NCBI GenBank assembly: GCA_963725665.1
Contig: CAVRZA010000004.1
Span: 128,001-192,000, forward strand
Source: an uncultured Actinomycetes bacterium
GTDB taxonomy: Bacteria > Actinomycetota > Thermoleophilia > UBA2241
Direction: 5' to 3'
DNA: 64,000 nt
Shown here: one piece after another, positions 41,411-50,749 of the stretch
How positions within the stretch are numbered: the stretch's first letter is position 1
How the letters are laid out: each line of letters opens with the position of its first letter
Made by a program: the position numbers and the translations under genes
Notes under the pieces: generated by a model
Database searches by the model: none
Seen by the model: the letters and a program-made list of their open reading frames with translations, nothing else
Told to the model about the DNA's origin: nothing

Positions 41411-41734
41411 CTAGGAGTCTGCCGCCAGGACCTCGTCGACCCAGCCGATCCCGGCGATCGCGGCCGGGAACCCGCAGGTCGTGATCGCCAGAAGGCCGAC
41501 GTGCCGGACCTCCTCGGAGCTCGCTCCGGCGGCCAGCGCCTTCCTGGCGTTCGAGCGCACCGCTCCCTCCGCCAACGCGCCGATGGCAAGCCCGAGCTTC
41601 ACCAGGCGCGCCGTACGCTCGTCGAGCGGCCCGGCACCGTCTACCGCCTCTCCCAACGCGTCGAGGGCGCTCGAGACGTCGGGATACCCGCTGCGGAACT
41701 TGAGATACACCTCTGGCAGATGCTCATCGATCAC
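41411..41734 (-). CDS. Carboxymuconolactone decarboxylase (CMD/AhpD) family protein
   Basis: GPLDERTARLVKLGLAIG, ALAAGASSEEVRHV, TTCGFP. Confidence 0.88.
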   Translation of the reverse strand: MIDEHLPEVYLKFRSGYPDVSSALDALGEAVDGAGPLDERTARLVKLGLAIGALAEGAVRSNARKALAAGASSEEVRHVGLLAITTCGFPAAIAGIGWVDEVLAADS

Positions 41735-41829
41735 GGTGGGGCCTCCTGGTCGAGCCTGTCACGGCGTGGGGCCGCCCCTGGCGGTGTTGGCATTCTACCG
41801 CTGCGCAGCGGCGGGTAATCCGGGGATAC

Positions 41830-42132
41830 TCAGAGTGCAGCCTGGATCTCGGCGACCGTCTCCTCGCTGGGAAGGCCGCTCGACAGGGTGACGACCGCGA
41901 CCGTCGGCCCGAAGGACCTGGCGGCTGTGAAGGCCGCCCGCAGCGCCCGGAACATGGACTCCTCGTCCCCTCGCGCGAACGTGCTCAGCCTGCCCACCGT
42001 GAGGTCGACACCCTCGTCGGCGGCCGCCTTGACGGCGGCCCGGACCGCCGGGCCGACGTGAGGCTGCCGCAGGGGATAGACGGAGAGTTGCAGACCCATC
42101 TCGTCGTTTGTGTCTGCGAGAGAGTCGGACAT
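41830..42132 (-). CDS. YkoF-like thiamine/HMP-binding protein
   Basis: QLSVYPLRQ, GRLSTFARGDEESMFRAL; AAGGAGG RBS. Confidence 0.7.
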   Translation of the reverse strand: MSDSLADTNDEMGLQLSVYPLRQPHVGPAVRAAVKAAADEGVDLTVGRLSTFARGDEESMFRALRAAFTAARSFGPTVAVVTLSSGLPSEETVAEIQAAL

Positions 42133-42186
42133 CAGTCTCATCCTCCTTGTGCCTCGTCGGTCATGTGCTCCACGGGTGGGGCGGCC

Positions 42187-42477
42187 CTAGATGACATATG
42201 CACAGCCGTTCCAGAACGCCCTGATCTTCTGCGTTCGCCCGTGGACTTCAAGCACTAGTTCGTGGGGGACGCCACGGGCGCCTGCGTCGAGGTAGAGATC
42301 GAAACCGCCGGCGTCGATCGGGTCGGCTTGCTGCCTCCATCCCGGCGGGCGGATCGTGTCGGCGGCGAGAAGCGTGAGGCTCCCACTGCAGCAGCGGTGG
42401 CTGGTTGTCCACACGTAAAGGTGGCCGCCGTGCTCGCGGACGAACGCCCTGACCTGGTCTGACGCGAGTATCCTCAT
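42187..42477 (-). CDS. Small hypothetical protein with a vicinal CC motif (HesB-like)
   Basis: AFVREHGGHLYVW...HRCCSG...AFWNGCAYVI; AGGAGG RBS. Confidence 0.6.
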   Translation of the reverse strand: MRILASDQVRAFVREHGGHLYVWTTSHRCCSGSLTLLAADTIRPPGWRQQADPIDAGGFDLYLDAGARGVPHELVLEVHGRTQKIRAFWNGCAYVI

Positions 42478-42525
42478 CCCGACCTCCTGGGCGCCTGCCC
42501 GGGCAGCCTAGCGTCGTCGCCCAAG

Positions 42526-43647
42526 CTAGCCCCAGACTCGCTTCGCGGTCTCGACCACGAGCCTGAGCTTGGCCTTCTCTTCGTCGACGGTGAGCTCGTT
42601 TCCCACGAGCGAGGTGGCGAACCCACACTGCGGCGAGAGGGCCAGGCGATCGAGAGGAACGTAGCGCGCCGCCTCACGAATGCGCGCCTCGAGGTCGGCG
42701 CTCTTCTCCAGTCGGCCCGTCTTGGTCGTCACTAGTCCCAAGACGACGCTCATCTCCTCGGGCACCGTGCGCAAGGGCGCAAAGTCGCCCGAGCGCTCAT
42801 CGTCGTACTCGAGTAGCAGGCGCTGCACGGGAACGCGACCGAAGAGGCGGTCGGCGAGCCAGTCCCAACCGCCGGCGACAAGCCAGCGGCTCATCTGGTT
42901 CCCCTTGCAGAGGTGCATGGCGAAGGTCACACCGGGATGGTCGCCGACCACCAGCTTGTCGAGCTCGGCGCCCATCTCGATCCAGCGTTCCGCCGGCCAA
43001 CCGCGCTGCTCGTAGAACTCGCGGTAGCCGGGGTCGACGAACAACGGATAGTGTGGTGCGTCGAGCTGGATGTAGGTCGCGCCTAGACGCACGAGCTCGT
43101 CGACCTCTGCGCGCAGGATCTCGGCGACGTCACCCAAGAAGTCCTCGACCCGGGCGTAGGCGGCCGTCGAGCGCCTCGGATCCCAGAAGTTGGCGAAGAG
43201 GCTCGGGCTCGGCAGCGTCACCTTGAGGATGCGGTCGGTGCGGCGGCGCGCATAGGCGAACTCGGCCGCCGACAGGAAGCGGCGGGGGCGCAGCTTGTCG
43301 ACGACTGCGATCGCTGGGCGCTCCACCGTGCGTCGACCGAGCTCGTCGCTCTGCCACGTGCCCCACAGGAAGGCGTCGATGTCCCACTCGCCGAAGCCTT
43401 CGACGGCCTCAGTGAGCTGACTCTGGAAGGAGAGGCGACGCATCTCGCCATCGGTGAGGACGTCGAGGCCGGCCTCTTCTTGGAGCTGCAGTGCCCAGTC
43501 GACGGCGGCGTCCTCGGCGCGAGCCAGCTCCGCAAGGGCGAGCTCACCGCGGTCGTAGCGCGCCCTTGCCTCGAGGAGCTCGGGAGGACGCAAGAGGCTG
43601 CCGACGACGTCCGTCCTTGCCTGAGCGGGGTTCAAGGAATCGCTCAT
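42526..43647 (-). CDS. Cobalamin-independent methionine synthase II family protein (catalytic domain only, YxjH-like)
   Basis: DVVGSLLRP, TDGEMRR, HLCKGN, LEYDDERSG, LSPQCGF (Zn ligands H/C/E/C). Confidence 0.88.
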   Translation of the reverse strand: MSDSLNPAQARTDVVGSLLRPPELLEARARYDRGELALAELARAEDAAVDWALQLQEEAGLDVLTDGEMRRLSFQSQLTEAVEGFGEWDIDAFLWGTWQSDELGRRTVERPAIAVVDKLRPRRFLSAAEFAYARRRTDRILKVTLPSPSLFANFWDPRRSTAAYARVEDFLGDVAEILRAEVDELVRLGATYIQLDAPHYPLFVDPGYREFYEQRGWPAERWIEMGAELDKLVVGDHPGVTFAMHLCKGNQMSRWLVAGGWDWLADRLFGRVPVQRLLLEYDDERSGDFAPLRTVPEEMSVVLGLVTTKTGRLEKSADLEARIREAARYVPLDRLALSPQCGFATSLVGNELTVDEEKAKLRLVVETAKRVWG

Positions 43648-43855
43648 GGCAATACTGATACCCGGATGGTTCGCGACTCAGTTGACGGCACACTGTTCGG
43701 CTTCGAGCGCCATGACGGCGTCGGGCGAGAAGGAGGGATCTGGTCGGCCGTGCCTCGTGGCAGGCAGGAGTCGGGCCGATCGTCTTCGTATTCCACACCA
43801 GCGCCACACGCGGGTCGGTGCGCGAGACGAGCTTTCGGCGCCGAAAGGCGGTGTC

Positions 43856-45964
43856 ATGGATAGAAGCGAGTTCCACGCTCCCGGTGCGGGCCGGGTCGTC
43901 ACGACGCGGGATGGCTACGCCGCGTTCGTGCCGGCACGCCTGCCGCCCAGGCTCACCATCACGAAGGAGCTCGCCCTGGCGCTATCGCGCGCCGACGCCG
44001 CCCTGGGGGAGCTCTCGGGCGTCGGCGGCGAGCTACCCGATCCGCAACTGCTCGACGCCCCGTTCAAGCGTCAGGAGGCGCTGTGCTCGTCGCGCATCGA
44101 AGGTGCCGAGGTGACCTTCTCCGATCTGCTGCTCGACCAGGTCTCGGCGGCGCGCCCGAGCGTTCCTCGCGATCATCTGCGCGAGGTGCGCGATTGCGTT
44201 GCGACGCTGCGCTACGGCGTCGCCCGACTCGAGGAGACGTCCCTCTCCCTCGACCTGGTGCGCGAGCTGCACGAGCGGCTGTTGCGCGGCGATATCGGCG
44301 ACTTCAGGGCGCCGGGCCAGTTCAGGACGTCGCAGAACTGGATCGGCCCGCCGGGCGCGACGCTGGCGACCGCGACCTACGTGCCGCCGCCCGTGCCGGA
44401 GATGCTGCAGGCACTCGAGGACTTCGGCGCCTTCCTGCAGGAGCGCGGACGGCTGCCCGACCTGATCCAGTGCGCCATGCTGCACGAGCAGTTCGAGGCC
44501 ATCCATCCGTTCGTCGGGGGCAACGGGCGTCTCGGGCGTCTGCTCATCACGCTGTTCCTGATCGATCGCGGGCGTCTCACCCGCCCCTTGCTGTATCTCT
44601 CCGCGTTCCTGGAGGGGCACCGCGACGAGTACTACGCCCTTCTCCAGCGCGTGCGCACGCATGGCGAGTGGGTACCCTGGCTGGTCTTCTTCGCGAACGG
44701 CGTCCGCGAGACGGCCGAGCGCGCGACGAAGCAGGCCCGCGCGCTCATCCGGCTCCACGCTCGCTTCAGCTCCGAGGTGAAAGGACGCGAGCGGACGCTC
44801 GCCCTCGAGTTGTTCCGCACCCCGTGCATGACGGCGCCCGAGGCCCGCCGCGTCCTGGGGATGGCCAAGGGGAAGGTGCGGCGGGTGATCGGTGAGCTCG
44901 AGACGAAGGGGCTGCTGGTGGAGTACGCCGAGCCCCGCAAGCCGCGCGTGTATCTTGCCGGCCCCGTCCTCGAAGCCGTCATGCACCCCCTCGAGGAGCT
45001 GCGACACCGGCCCGAGGTGGTCGCGCAAGGCGCCGCTATCAAGTCGGGGCCGCCTCCGGCCGGGGTGCCCGTGCGGCGCGCCGACCGCTTGATGAGGGAG
45101 GCGATGGCCATTGTCGACACCGCGAGGGAGCATGGGGCGCAGCTTCGCCTCGTCGGAGGTCTGGCCGTCCGGCGCTACTGCGTCGATCTCGACTTCATCG
45201 ACCGCGAATACTCGGACATCGATCTCGTGGGCCTCTCCGAGCAAGCCCGCGAGCTGGGCGAAACCTTCGCGGGCCTCGGCTACGTGGAGAACCGCTACGT
45301 CAGCCAGGCGACCGACTCCGGCCAGGTGCAGTTCATCAAGGCCGACGCGCTGAAGGCGGCGTCGGTGCCCGCGGCGGCGGCCGCCGCCGTGGGCGCCGAC
45401 GCCACCCCGACCGCGGCCGCGGCGGGCACCCAGTCGGTCGAGCCCCCCCTGGTCGACCACGTCGACATCTTCCTCGACGTGATGCGCATGGATCACGACA
45501 TCGACGTCAGCGGGCGGCTCGACATCGACGAGTACGCCGTCTCGCCGGTCGACGCCCTCATCGCCAAGCTGCAGATCGGCAGGATCAATCAGAAGGACGT
45601 GCACGATGTCATCGCGCTCCTGAAGGACCTGCCGGTGCGCGAGATCGTCGACGACGCGTCGCTCGACCTCTCCTATTTCGCCGACGTCTGCGCGCGTGAC
45701 TGGGGTCTCTACCAAGACATCAGGGCGAACCTCGATGTGGTGCTCGAGCGGCTTGGCGACTACGGCCTCTCCGAGGATGAGCGGGCGACGGTCCACGGTC
45801 GCCTTGCGGCGATCATCGCGGCCATCGAGGAGAAGGCCAAGTCGCTGCGCTGGCGGTTGCGCGCTCGCGTCGGCAAGCGGGTAGCCTGGCGGCGCGAGAT
45901 CGAGGACACGGAGGGCGCCATGGTCATCGCCCCCGAGTGGGATTGGCGGCGCGACCTGGGCTGA
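43856..45964 (+). CDS. Fic family protein fused to a C-terminal nucleotidyltransferase-like domain
   Basis: SSRIEG inhibitory motif, HPFVGGNGRLGR, wHTH, then LRLVGGLAV...REYSDIDLVG...KLQIGRINQKD. Confidence 0.82.
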   Translation: MDRSEFHAPGAGRVVTTRDGYAAFVPARLPPRLTITKELALALSRADAALGELSGVGGELPDPQLLDAPFKRQEALCSSRIEGAEVTFSDLLLDQVSAARPSVPRDHLREVRDCVATLRYGVARLEETSLSLDLVRELHERLLRGDIGDFRAPGQFRTSQNWIGPPGATLATATYVPPPVPEMLQALEDFGAFLQERGRLPDLIQCAMLHEQFEAIHPFVGGNGRLGRLLITLFLIDRGRLTRPLLYLSAFLEGHRDEYYALLQRVRTHGEWVPWLVFFANGVRETAERATKQARALIRLHARFSSEVKGRERTLALELFRTPCMTAPEARRVLGMAKGKVRRVIGELETKGLLVEYAEPRKPRVYLAGPVLEAVMHPLEELRHRPEVVAQGAAIKSGPPPAGVPVRRADRLMREAMAIVDTAREHGAQLRLVGGLAVRRYCVDLDFIDREYSDIDLVGLSEQARELGETFAGLGYVENRYVSQATDSGQVQFIKADALKAASVPAAAAAAVGADATPTAAAAGTQSVEPPLVDHVDIFLDVMRMDHDIDVSGRLDIDEYAVSPVDALIAKLQIGRINQKDVHDVIALLKDLPVREIVDDASLDLSYFADVCARDWGLYQDIRANLDVVLERLGDYGLSEDERATVHGRLAAIIAAIEEKAKSLRWRLRARVGKRVAWRREIEDTEGAMVIAPEWDWRRDLG

Positions 45965-46185
45965 CGATGCCCTCGGCGAGCGTCGGCCCTCCGGGCTGTC
46001 GCTCGGCTGCCCGCGTCCACTCCGTCGCCCCACCGCACACTCTCGTTGCCGCGCGCCGCCCATTCCTCGTCACCTCGCCCCGGCCGATGCTCGACCTCGC
46101 GGAGTCGCGGTGGGTCTAGTACTCGCTCGCCGCCACGGTCCGCGTGCGGACAACGCTTCTTCTGCGATTTTCGGCGCCGAAACGT

Positions 46186-46213
46186 TCAAGCGCCTGCGTC
46201 GCGATGCCGATTG
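46186..46213 (+). promoter_or_regulatory. Sigma-28 (WhiG/FliA)-type promoter TCAAG-N15-GCCGATTG
   Basis: Consensus match 42 nt upstream of the ECF gene. Confidence 0.55.
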
Positions 46214-46255
46214 AGAGGGAGGTGAGAAACCCTGGCCTCTGGCGAGCCTGCGAGT

Positions 46256-47899
46256 GTGAGCGTGGATATCGAGAGCCTTCCCGACACCTTCCTTGACGAC
46301 CTCCGAAACGGCGAGCGCGATGCGTTCGTCCACCTCTACCAGCTGTACCGTCTGCCCGTCTACGACCTCGTCCGGCGCCTTGCGCACGGTAGTCAGGACG
46401 CTGTCGCCATCGTGCGTGAGGTCTTCGTCGCGGCCTACAGCCAGATTCTTCTGCACAACGGCCCGATCGACCCGCGACCCCTGATCTACAGAGTCGCCCT
46501 CGACACCTGTCACGATCACGCCGGCACCACCGATGGACGCGGCGAGCGAGCTCACCTTGTCGCCCTGCCACAACCCGGGGAACGCAAGCAGAACGAACTC
46601 GGCCGGCGCTTCGAGCTGGCGTTGGGGACGCTTGGCGAGCGTCAGTACACGGCGCTCCTTCTCCACGACGTTCACGGGCTGCGTCACGACGAGACGGCGG
46701 CGGTCCTCGGCCTGTCGATCGAGGCGACGCTTGCGCTGTTGTTCAGGGCGGGCGAGGAGTTCCGTCGCTCATTCGAGGATCTGTCGAGTGGCCAGCTCGA
46801 CGGGAGTTGCCGGCTGGCGGAGACGGCCGCCGCGAGCGCGGTGGGCCGGCGAACCTTGCAGGCCGACGAGGTGCGCAGGCTCCGCGAGCACGCCGGGTAC
46901 TGCCGCCAGTGCCGCATGACGATGGCGACGTGGGGTTCGGGCCCGGTCGGCTTGGCCCTCTTCCTCAAGGAGGCTTCGCTGCCAAAGGTGCTCCAGGCGG
47001 CGCCCGTGTTCGGGATCTTTGGCTCGGCCGGCGACGCCGGCGCGCCTGCACGCGGGGCCACCGGCCCCGCGAAGGCGAGCACCGGCGTCGCCGGCTCCAG
47101 CCTGACTCTGCTGGCTGTCGTCGGCCGGGCTCTGGCGAGCAAGACGGCGGCTTACGTCGTCGCCGCCGTCTGCCTCGGCGGCTTCATCGGCCTGGCCGCA
47201 TACGTATCGGGGCATGACTGGCCGCCGGCGCCGCCGGCCGCCGCTCCCGCCGCTCGCGCTGCGGCGGGATCGACGCGGCCGGTCGGAGCGGCGTCGCTCG
47301 CTCGCAGTGGGCGTAGCACTGTGGCGAGCAACCCGGTCGGCAACGCAACGACCGCCCATGCGCCCACGTTCGCCCGCGCGACGAGTGCGCTCAAAGTGGC
47401 GTCGCCGGCTCTGGCCCAGGTCGCGTTTGTCTCGACAAGCGATGCGCAGTCCGCTCAGCCGGAACGCTCCGCGGGTGGCGACACGTCGACTGGCGACGGA
47501 GCAAAGGGCGACACAGCAGAAGGCGGCGGATCGAGGGACGCCACGCAGGTCGGCCACGAGGAGGAGTGGGGCAGCGGCCCAGTGGTCATGGACTTCGGCG
47601 CGTGGCGCGGCGTCGCGCTGGTGTTCGGCGCCCGCCACGGCCACCGTTACAGCACCCGTGCCGGCCACGGCCATAGCAGTGGCGAGGCCGTGAAGCCCGC
47701 GACGCGGGCATGGTCGAGACCGTTCCCGCGCGGGGAGAAAGCCGAGAGACACCGGAAGACCGAGAAGAGCTGGAGAACTGAGCGGGTCGTGAAGGACGGG
47801 AGAGCTCACAAGGTCGACACACCCGACGAGCCCGACAAACCCCACAAGCACGACAGGTCCCACAGGCACGACAGGCACGACAAGTCCAACAAAGGCTAG
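46256..47899 (+). CDS. ECF-type sigma factor fused to a ZAS zinc motif, a TM helix and a low-complexity tail
   Basis: Regions 2 and 4 (GERDAFVHLY...YRVALDTCHD; LLLHDVHGLRHDETAAVLG...LLFRA), HAGYCRQC, TM AYVVAAVCLGGFIGLAAYV, His/Lys/Asp-rich end. Confidence 0.75.
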   Translation: MSVDIESLPDTFLDDLRNGERDAFVHLYQLYRLPVYDLVRRLAHGSQDAVAIVREVFVAAYSQILLHNGPIDPRPLIYRVALDTCHDHAGTTDGRGERAHLVALPQPGERKQNELGRRFELALGTLGERQYTALLLHDVHGLRHDETAAVLGLSIEATLALLFRAGEEFRRSFEDLSSGQLDGSCRLAETAAASAVGRRTLQADEVRRLREHAGYCRQCRMTMATWGSGPVGLALFLKEASLPKVLQAAPVFGIFGSAGDAGAPARGATGPAKASTGVAGSSLTLLAVVGRALASKTAAYVVAAVCLGGFIGLAAYVSGHDWPPAPPAAAPAARAAAGSTRPVGAASLARSGRSTVASNPVGNATTAHAPTFARATSALKVASPALAQVAFVSTSDAQSAQPERSAGGDTSTGDGAKGDTAEGGGSRDATQVGHEEEWGSGPVVMDFGAWRGVALVFGARHGHRYSTRAGHGHSSGEAVKPATRAWSRPFPRGEKAERHRKTEKSWRTERVVKDGRAHKVDTPDEPDKPHKHDRSHRHDRHDKSNKG

Positions 47900-47952
47900 G
47901 GGGATCGGCCTCGCACCAGGACACCGGAGTCCCGTCCCGACCGACCCTCGAG

Positions 47953-49407
47953 GTGCAGAGCCCCGCGCAGGAGCTGATCACTCTGAACTCCACCGCCTTC
48001 TCGTCACTCGAGCTCGAGACCGTACTCAAAGCGGGGCTCGACCGGGTCGTGGGGATCCTCGGCGCCGACGGCGGCTGGATCGGCCTCGGCGACGAGCGCT
48101 TCCTCGAGGTAGTCTGCCGCTGTGGCGTCTTCGGCGACCGTGCCGAAGCGATCGTTGCGGTCGAGAACGACGTCGTCGGGCGCGCTCTCAGGGAATGGGA
48201 ACCAGTGCTCGTCCAAGACGCCGCGGCCAGCCCGTGGGCTCCTCGTCCCCTCCTGCGTGAGGGCGTCGCTACCCTTGTCGTCCTTCCGCTGCAAACGCAC
48301 GGCTCGGCGCTCGGCGTGCTGGTCGTGGCCAGCCGGCGGCCGCGGGACTACTCGTCCGGTGAGATCGACAGCGCGCGTGCGGCCGGGAACGAGCTGGCGT
48401 CGGCGATCGAGCGTGCCCTGGTCTTTCGTGGACAGCTCGATCGCATCGAGCGCCAGCGGCTCGTGCTCGAGGCGGCCGAGACGATCAACCGCAGCCTCGA
48501 CTCGTTCTCGCTCGAGTCCACCATCCTCGCCGAGGCGGCGCGCCTGGTGAGGGCTCCGAAGGCGGCGCTGCTCGCGGTCCGCGGCGACGTGCTCGTCGCA
48601 CAGGAGGTGTATGGGTTCGGCGACAAGTTCAAGCGCCTCTTCGTCGTGCCGCTCGAGGGCTCGCCCTTCGCCCGTGCGGTCCTCAGCGGCGAGACGGTGG
48701 CCGCTGAGGACGTCGACCCAGACGAGGTGGGCGAAATGGACATCGCCGGGAAGGAAGGCTACCGGGCGTTCCTCACGGCGCCCCTCCGGAGCCACAGAGG
48801 CACCTACGGCGTCCTCGCTCTCTTCTACGACACTCCCCGCTCTTTCGTCGACGACGAGAAGGTGGTGTTGCGCACCTTCGCGATTCAGGCCGCCATCGCG
48901 CTCGACAACCGGCGCCTCATGCGGGAGAAGGACCAGATGGCCGTGCGCGACGGGCTCACCGGCGCCCACAACCGCAGCTACCTGGAGTTGACGCTTGAGC
49001 GCGTCGGAAAGGAGCTGCGTCGCAACGGCGGTGTCGTGAGCATCCTCTTCGTCGACCTCGATGGCCTGAAGAAGGTCAACGACAACCACGGTCACCGGGC
49101 GGGTGACGAACTTCTTCGCCAGCTTGCGACCCTTCTGATGGAGAGTTGTCGCGCGACCGATATCGTCGCTCGCTACGGCGGTGATGAGTTCGTGGTGCTC
49201 ATGCCGGGAACGGACACCGAGGGCGCCGGGCACGTGGTCCTCAAGGTTCAGGAAGCGATCGCACGCTACAATGCCGCCGCAACCGGACCGCTGCGGCTGT
49301 CGGCGAGCATCGGCGTGCACACCGCCGGCGCCGACGAGGTCGCCGACCTCCTAAACGAGGCCGATCGCCGTATGTACGCGACAAAGCGGCGCCGCGCCCG
49401 CGGTTAG
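47953..49407 (+). CDS. GAF-GAF-GGDEF diguanylate cyclase
   Basis: Two GAF domains, DGLTGAHNR, RATD I-site, RYGGDEF. Confidence 0.92.
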   Translation: MQSPAQELITLNSTAFSSLELETVLKAGLDRVVGILGADGGWIGLGDERFLEVVCRCGVFGDRAEAIVAVENDVVGRALREWEPVLVQDAAASPWAPRPLLREGVATLVVLPLQTHGSALGVLVVASRRPRDYSSGEIDSARAAGNELASAIERALVFRGQLDRIERQRLVLEAAETINRSLDSFSLESTILAEAARLVRAPKAALLAVRGDVLVAQEVYGFGDKFKRLFVVPLEGSPFARAVLSGETVAAEDVDPDEVGEMDIAGKEGYRAFLTAPLRSHRGTYGVLALFYDTPRSFVDDEKVVLRTFAIQAAIALDNRRLMREKDQMAVRDGLTGAHNRSYLELTLERVGKELRRNGGVVSILFVDLDGLKKVNDNHGHRAGDELLRQLATLLMESCRATDIVARYGGDEFVVLMPGTDTEGAGHVVLKVQEAIARYNAAATGPLRLSASIGVHTAGADEVADLLNEADRRMYATKRRRARG

Positions 49408-49556
49408 CTGCGGGGTGCGCCGGGCGCTCGGCTGGCTGCCATCGCGTCGGTCGCCCCCGGCCGTGCGGCGCGCGGCCCCGAGCAGTCTTGTCGTCCACCT
49501 CTCAGGCCACGGAGGAGGGACATGATGAGGGGATATGCTTGCAGGCGGAGCCATCG

Positions 49557-50219
49557 ATGACGCAGCGTGTCGTGACACACGAACAGGCGCGGCGCATCTA
49601 CGACGTCATCGGCCGGGGGCAGGACACGCGACCGCTGAGCGAGCGCCGCGCCCTCGACGAGCTGGCGCGGCGCTGCGCCTTCGAGGCGGCGACGGCCGTC
49701 GTTGAGTTCGGCTGCGGGACGGGACGCTACGCGGCCGAACTCCTCCGCACGCGTCTGTCCGCCGAGTGCCGCTACCTGGGCATCGACGTCAGCCCCAAGA
49801 TGGTCGGGCTCGCGAGCGAGAAGCTGGCACCCTGGGCGACGCGGGCCAGGGTCGTGCTGACGGACGGATCCCCGCGGCTGTCGGAGCCCGACGGCTCCTG
49901 CGACCGCTTCATCAGCACCTACGTGATCGATCTACTAAGCGGCGAGGAGACGGCGGTGGTCCTGGCGGAGGCGCACCGTGTGCTGCGCCCCGGTGGTCTC
50001 CTGGGGCTCGTCAGTCTGACATGTGGTGCGACCCTCTCGGCGCGGATGCTCACCGTGGCGTGGCAGCGACTGTGGGCGGTCCGCCCCTGGCTGCTCGGCG
50101 GCTGCCGCCCGATCGAGATCACGGGGTTTCTCTCGCCGGCCCAGTGGTCGCTGCGCGATGAGTCGAGCGTGGGCAAGTACGTCCTGACGTCCCAGGTCGT
50201 GGTGGCGGAGCGGATCTAA
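49557..50219 (+). CDS. Class I SAM-dependent methyltransferase
   Basis: VEFGCGTG, GIDVSPKM, STYVIDLL, RVLRPGG. Confidence 0.88.
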   Translation: MTQRVVTHEQARRIYDVIGRGQDTRPLSERRALDELARRCAFEAATAVVEFGCGTGRYAAELLRTRLSAECRYLGIDVSPKMVGLASEKLAPWATRARVVLTDGSPRLSEPDGSCDRFISTYVIDLLSGEETAVVLAEAHRVLRPGGLLGLVSLTCGATLSARMLTVAWQRLWAVRPWLLGGCRPIEITGFLSPAQWSLRDESSVGKYVLTSQVVVAERI

Positions 50220-50278
50220 GACGCAGCCGCCCCGGCCACCTGCCGGGCGGTGGCGAGGCGAGATACGGGAGGGACTCG

Positions 50279-50567
50279 GACTGGCCCCCCACGGGCGGCA
50301 AGAGGGCAGCAAAAAGCCCGCCGCACTATCTGCAGTTCGCCGCACGGGTCTCCTCTTTGCTTCTCGGGACCGAAGCCCCTTGGGAGTAGATCCCTTGCGG
50401 GGTCTGCTCCTCACGAAGAGGATCTCCGCCGCGTCCCACAAAACGTGACGGCGGGCAAGCGGCACTCTAGTTGTCCGTCAACGGCGATGCAATACCAAAA
50501 GCCTCGGCCTCTCGCAGAGGGTTGGCTTTCGCCGCCGCCTGGGGGCGGGGCTCATGGTGGGGTCGAG
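50279..50567 (-). repeat. 289-bp structured non-coding element, copy 1 (candidate ncRNA or non-autonomous mobile element)
   Basis: 287/289 identical to 54882-55170; minus strand has cUUCGg, GCAA and GAAA hairpins and 5'/3' pairing. Confidence 0.85.
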
Positions 50568-50749
50568 ATGGCGCGGGAGCAGCGAAGGTGCACGCACGGG
50601 TTCCGGGGTGGGCCGAGAGTGCGGGGCTCACCGGCGGCGCGTGTCCGCACTCGGGGCGTGGGTCCTCGTCAAGGGTGGTGTCTGCGGCGCGAGTGGTAGT
50701 TGCGGCGCGAGCGCTCTTGCGGCCGGGGCGCCGGTCCCGGCGCGCGCGG

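Noticed and set aside
41830-42525. TAG stops of the MetE-like and CC-motif genes are in frame with the next gene; possible readthrough fusions
   Set aside because: Each downstream gene has its own strong RBS, the spacers do not look protein-like, and in-frame spacing arises by chance one time in three
44033-46063. Long antisense and alternate-frame ORFs (e.g. 44033-46063, 3765-5333, 26405-28483, 61642-63159)
   Set aside because: Shadow ORFs expected at high GC opposite or within well-supported genes
50460-50480. GGCA-CTCTAGT-TGTC mini-hairpin with CTA in a 7-nt loop in the repeated element; possible tRNA-Pyl or mimic
   Set aside because: No cloverleaf, T-arm or acceptor/CCA; the loop is not CTCTAAA; it lies on the strand opposite the tetraloop-rich fold
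50250-50699. ORFs overlapping the repeated element (50250-50699, 49935-50465, 54769-55641 and the 5' extension of 55048-55788)
   Set aside because: No RBS or protein-like composition, and start/stop positions differ between the two copies
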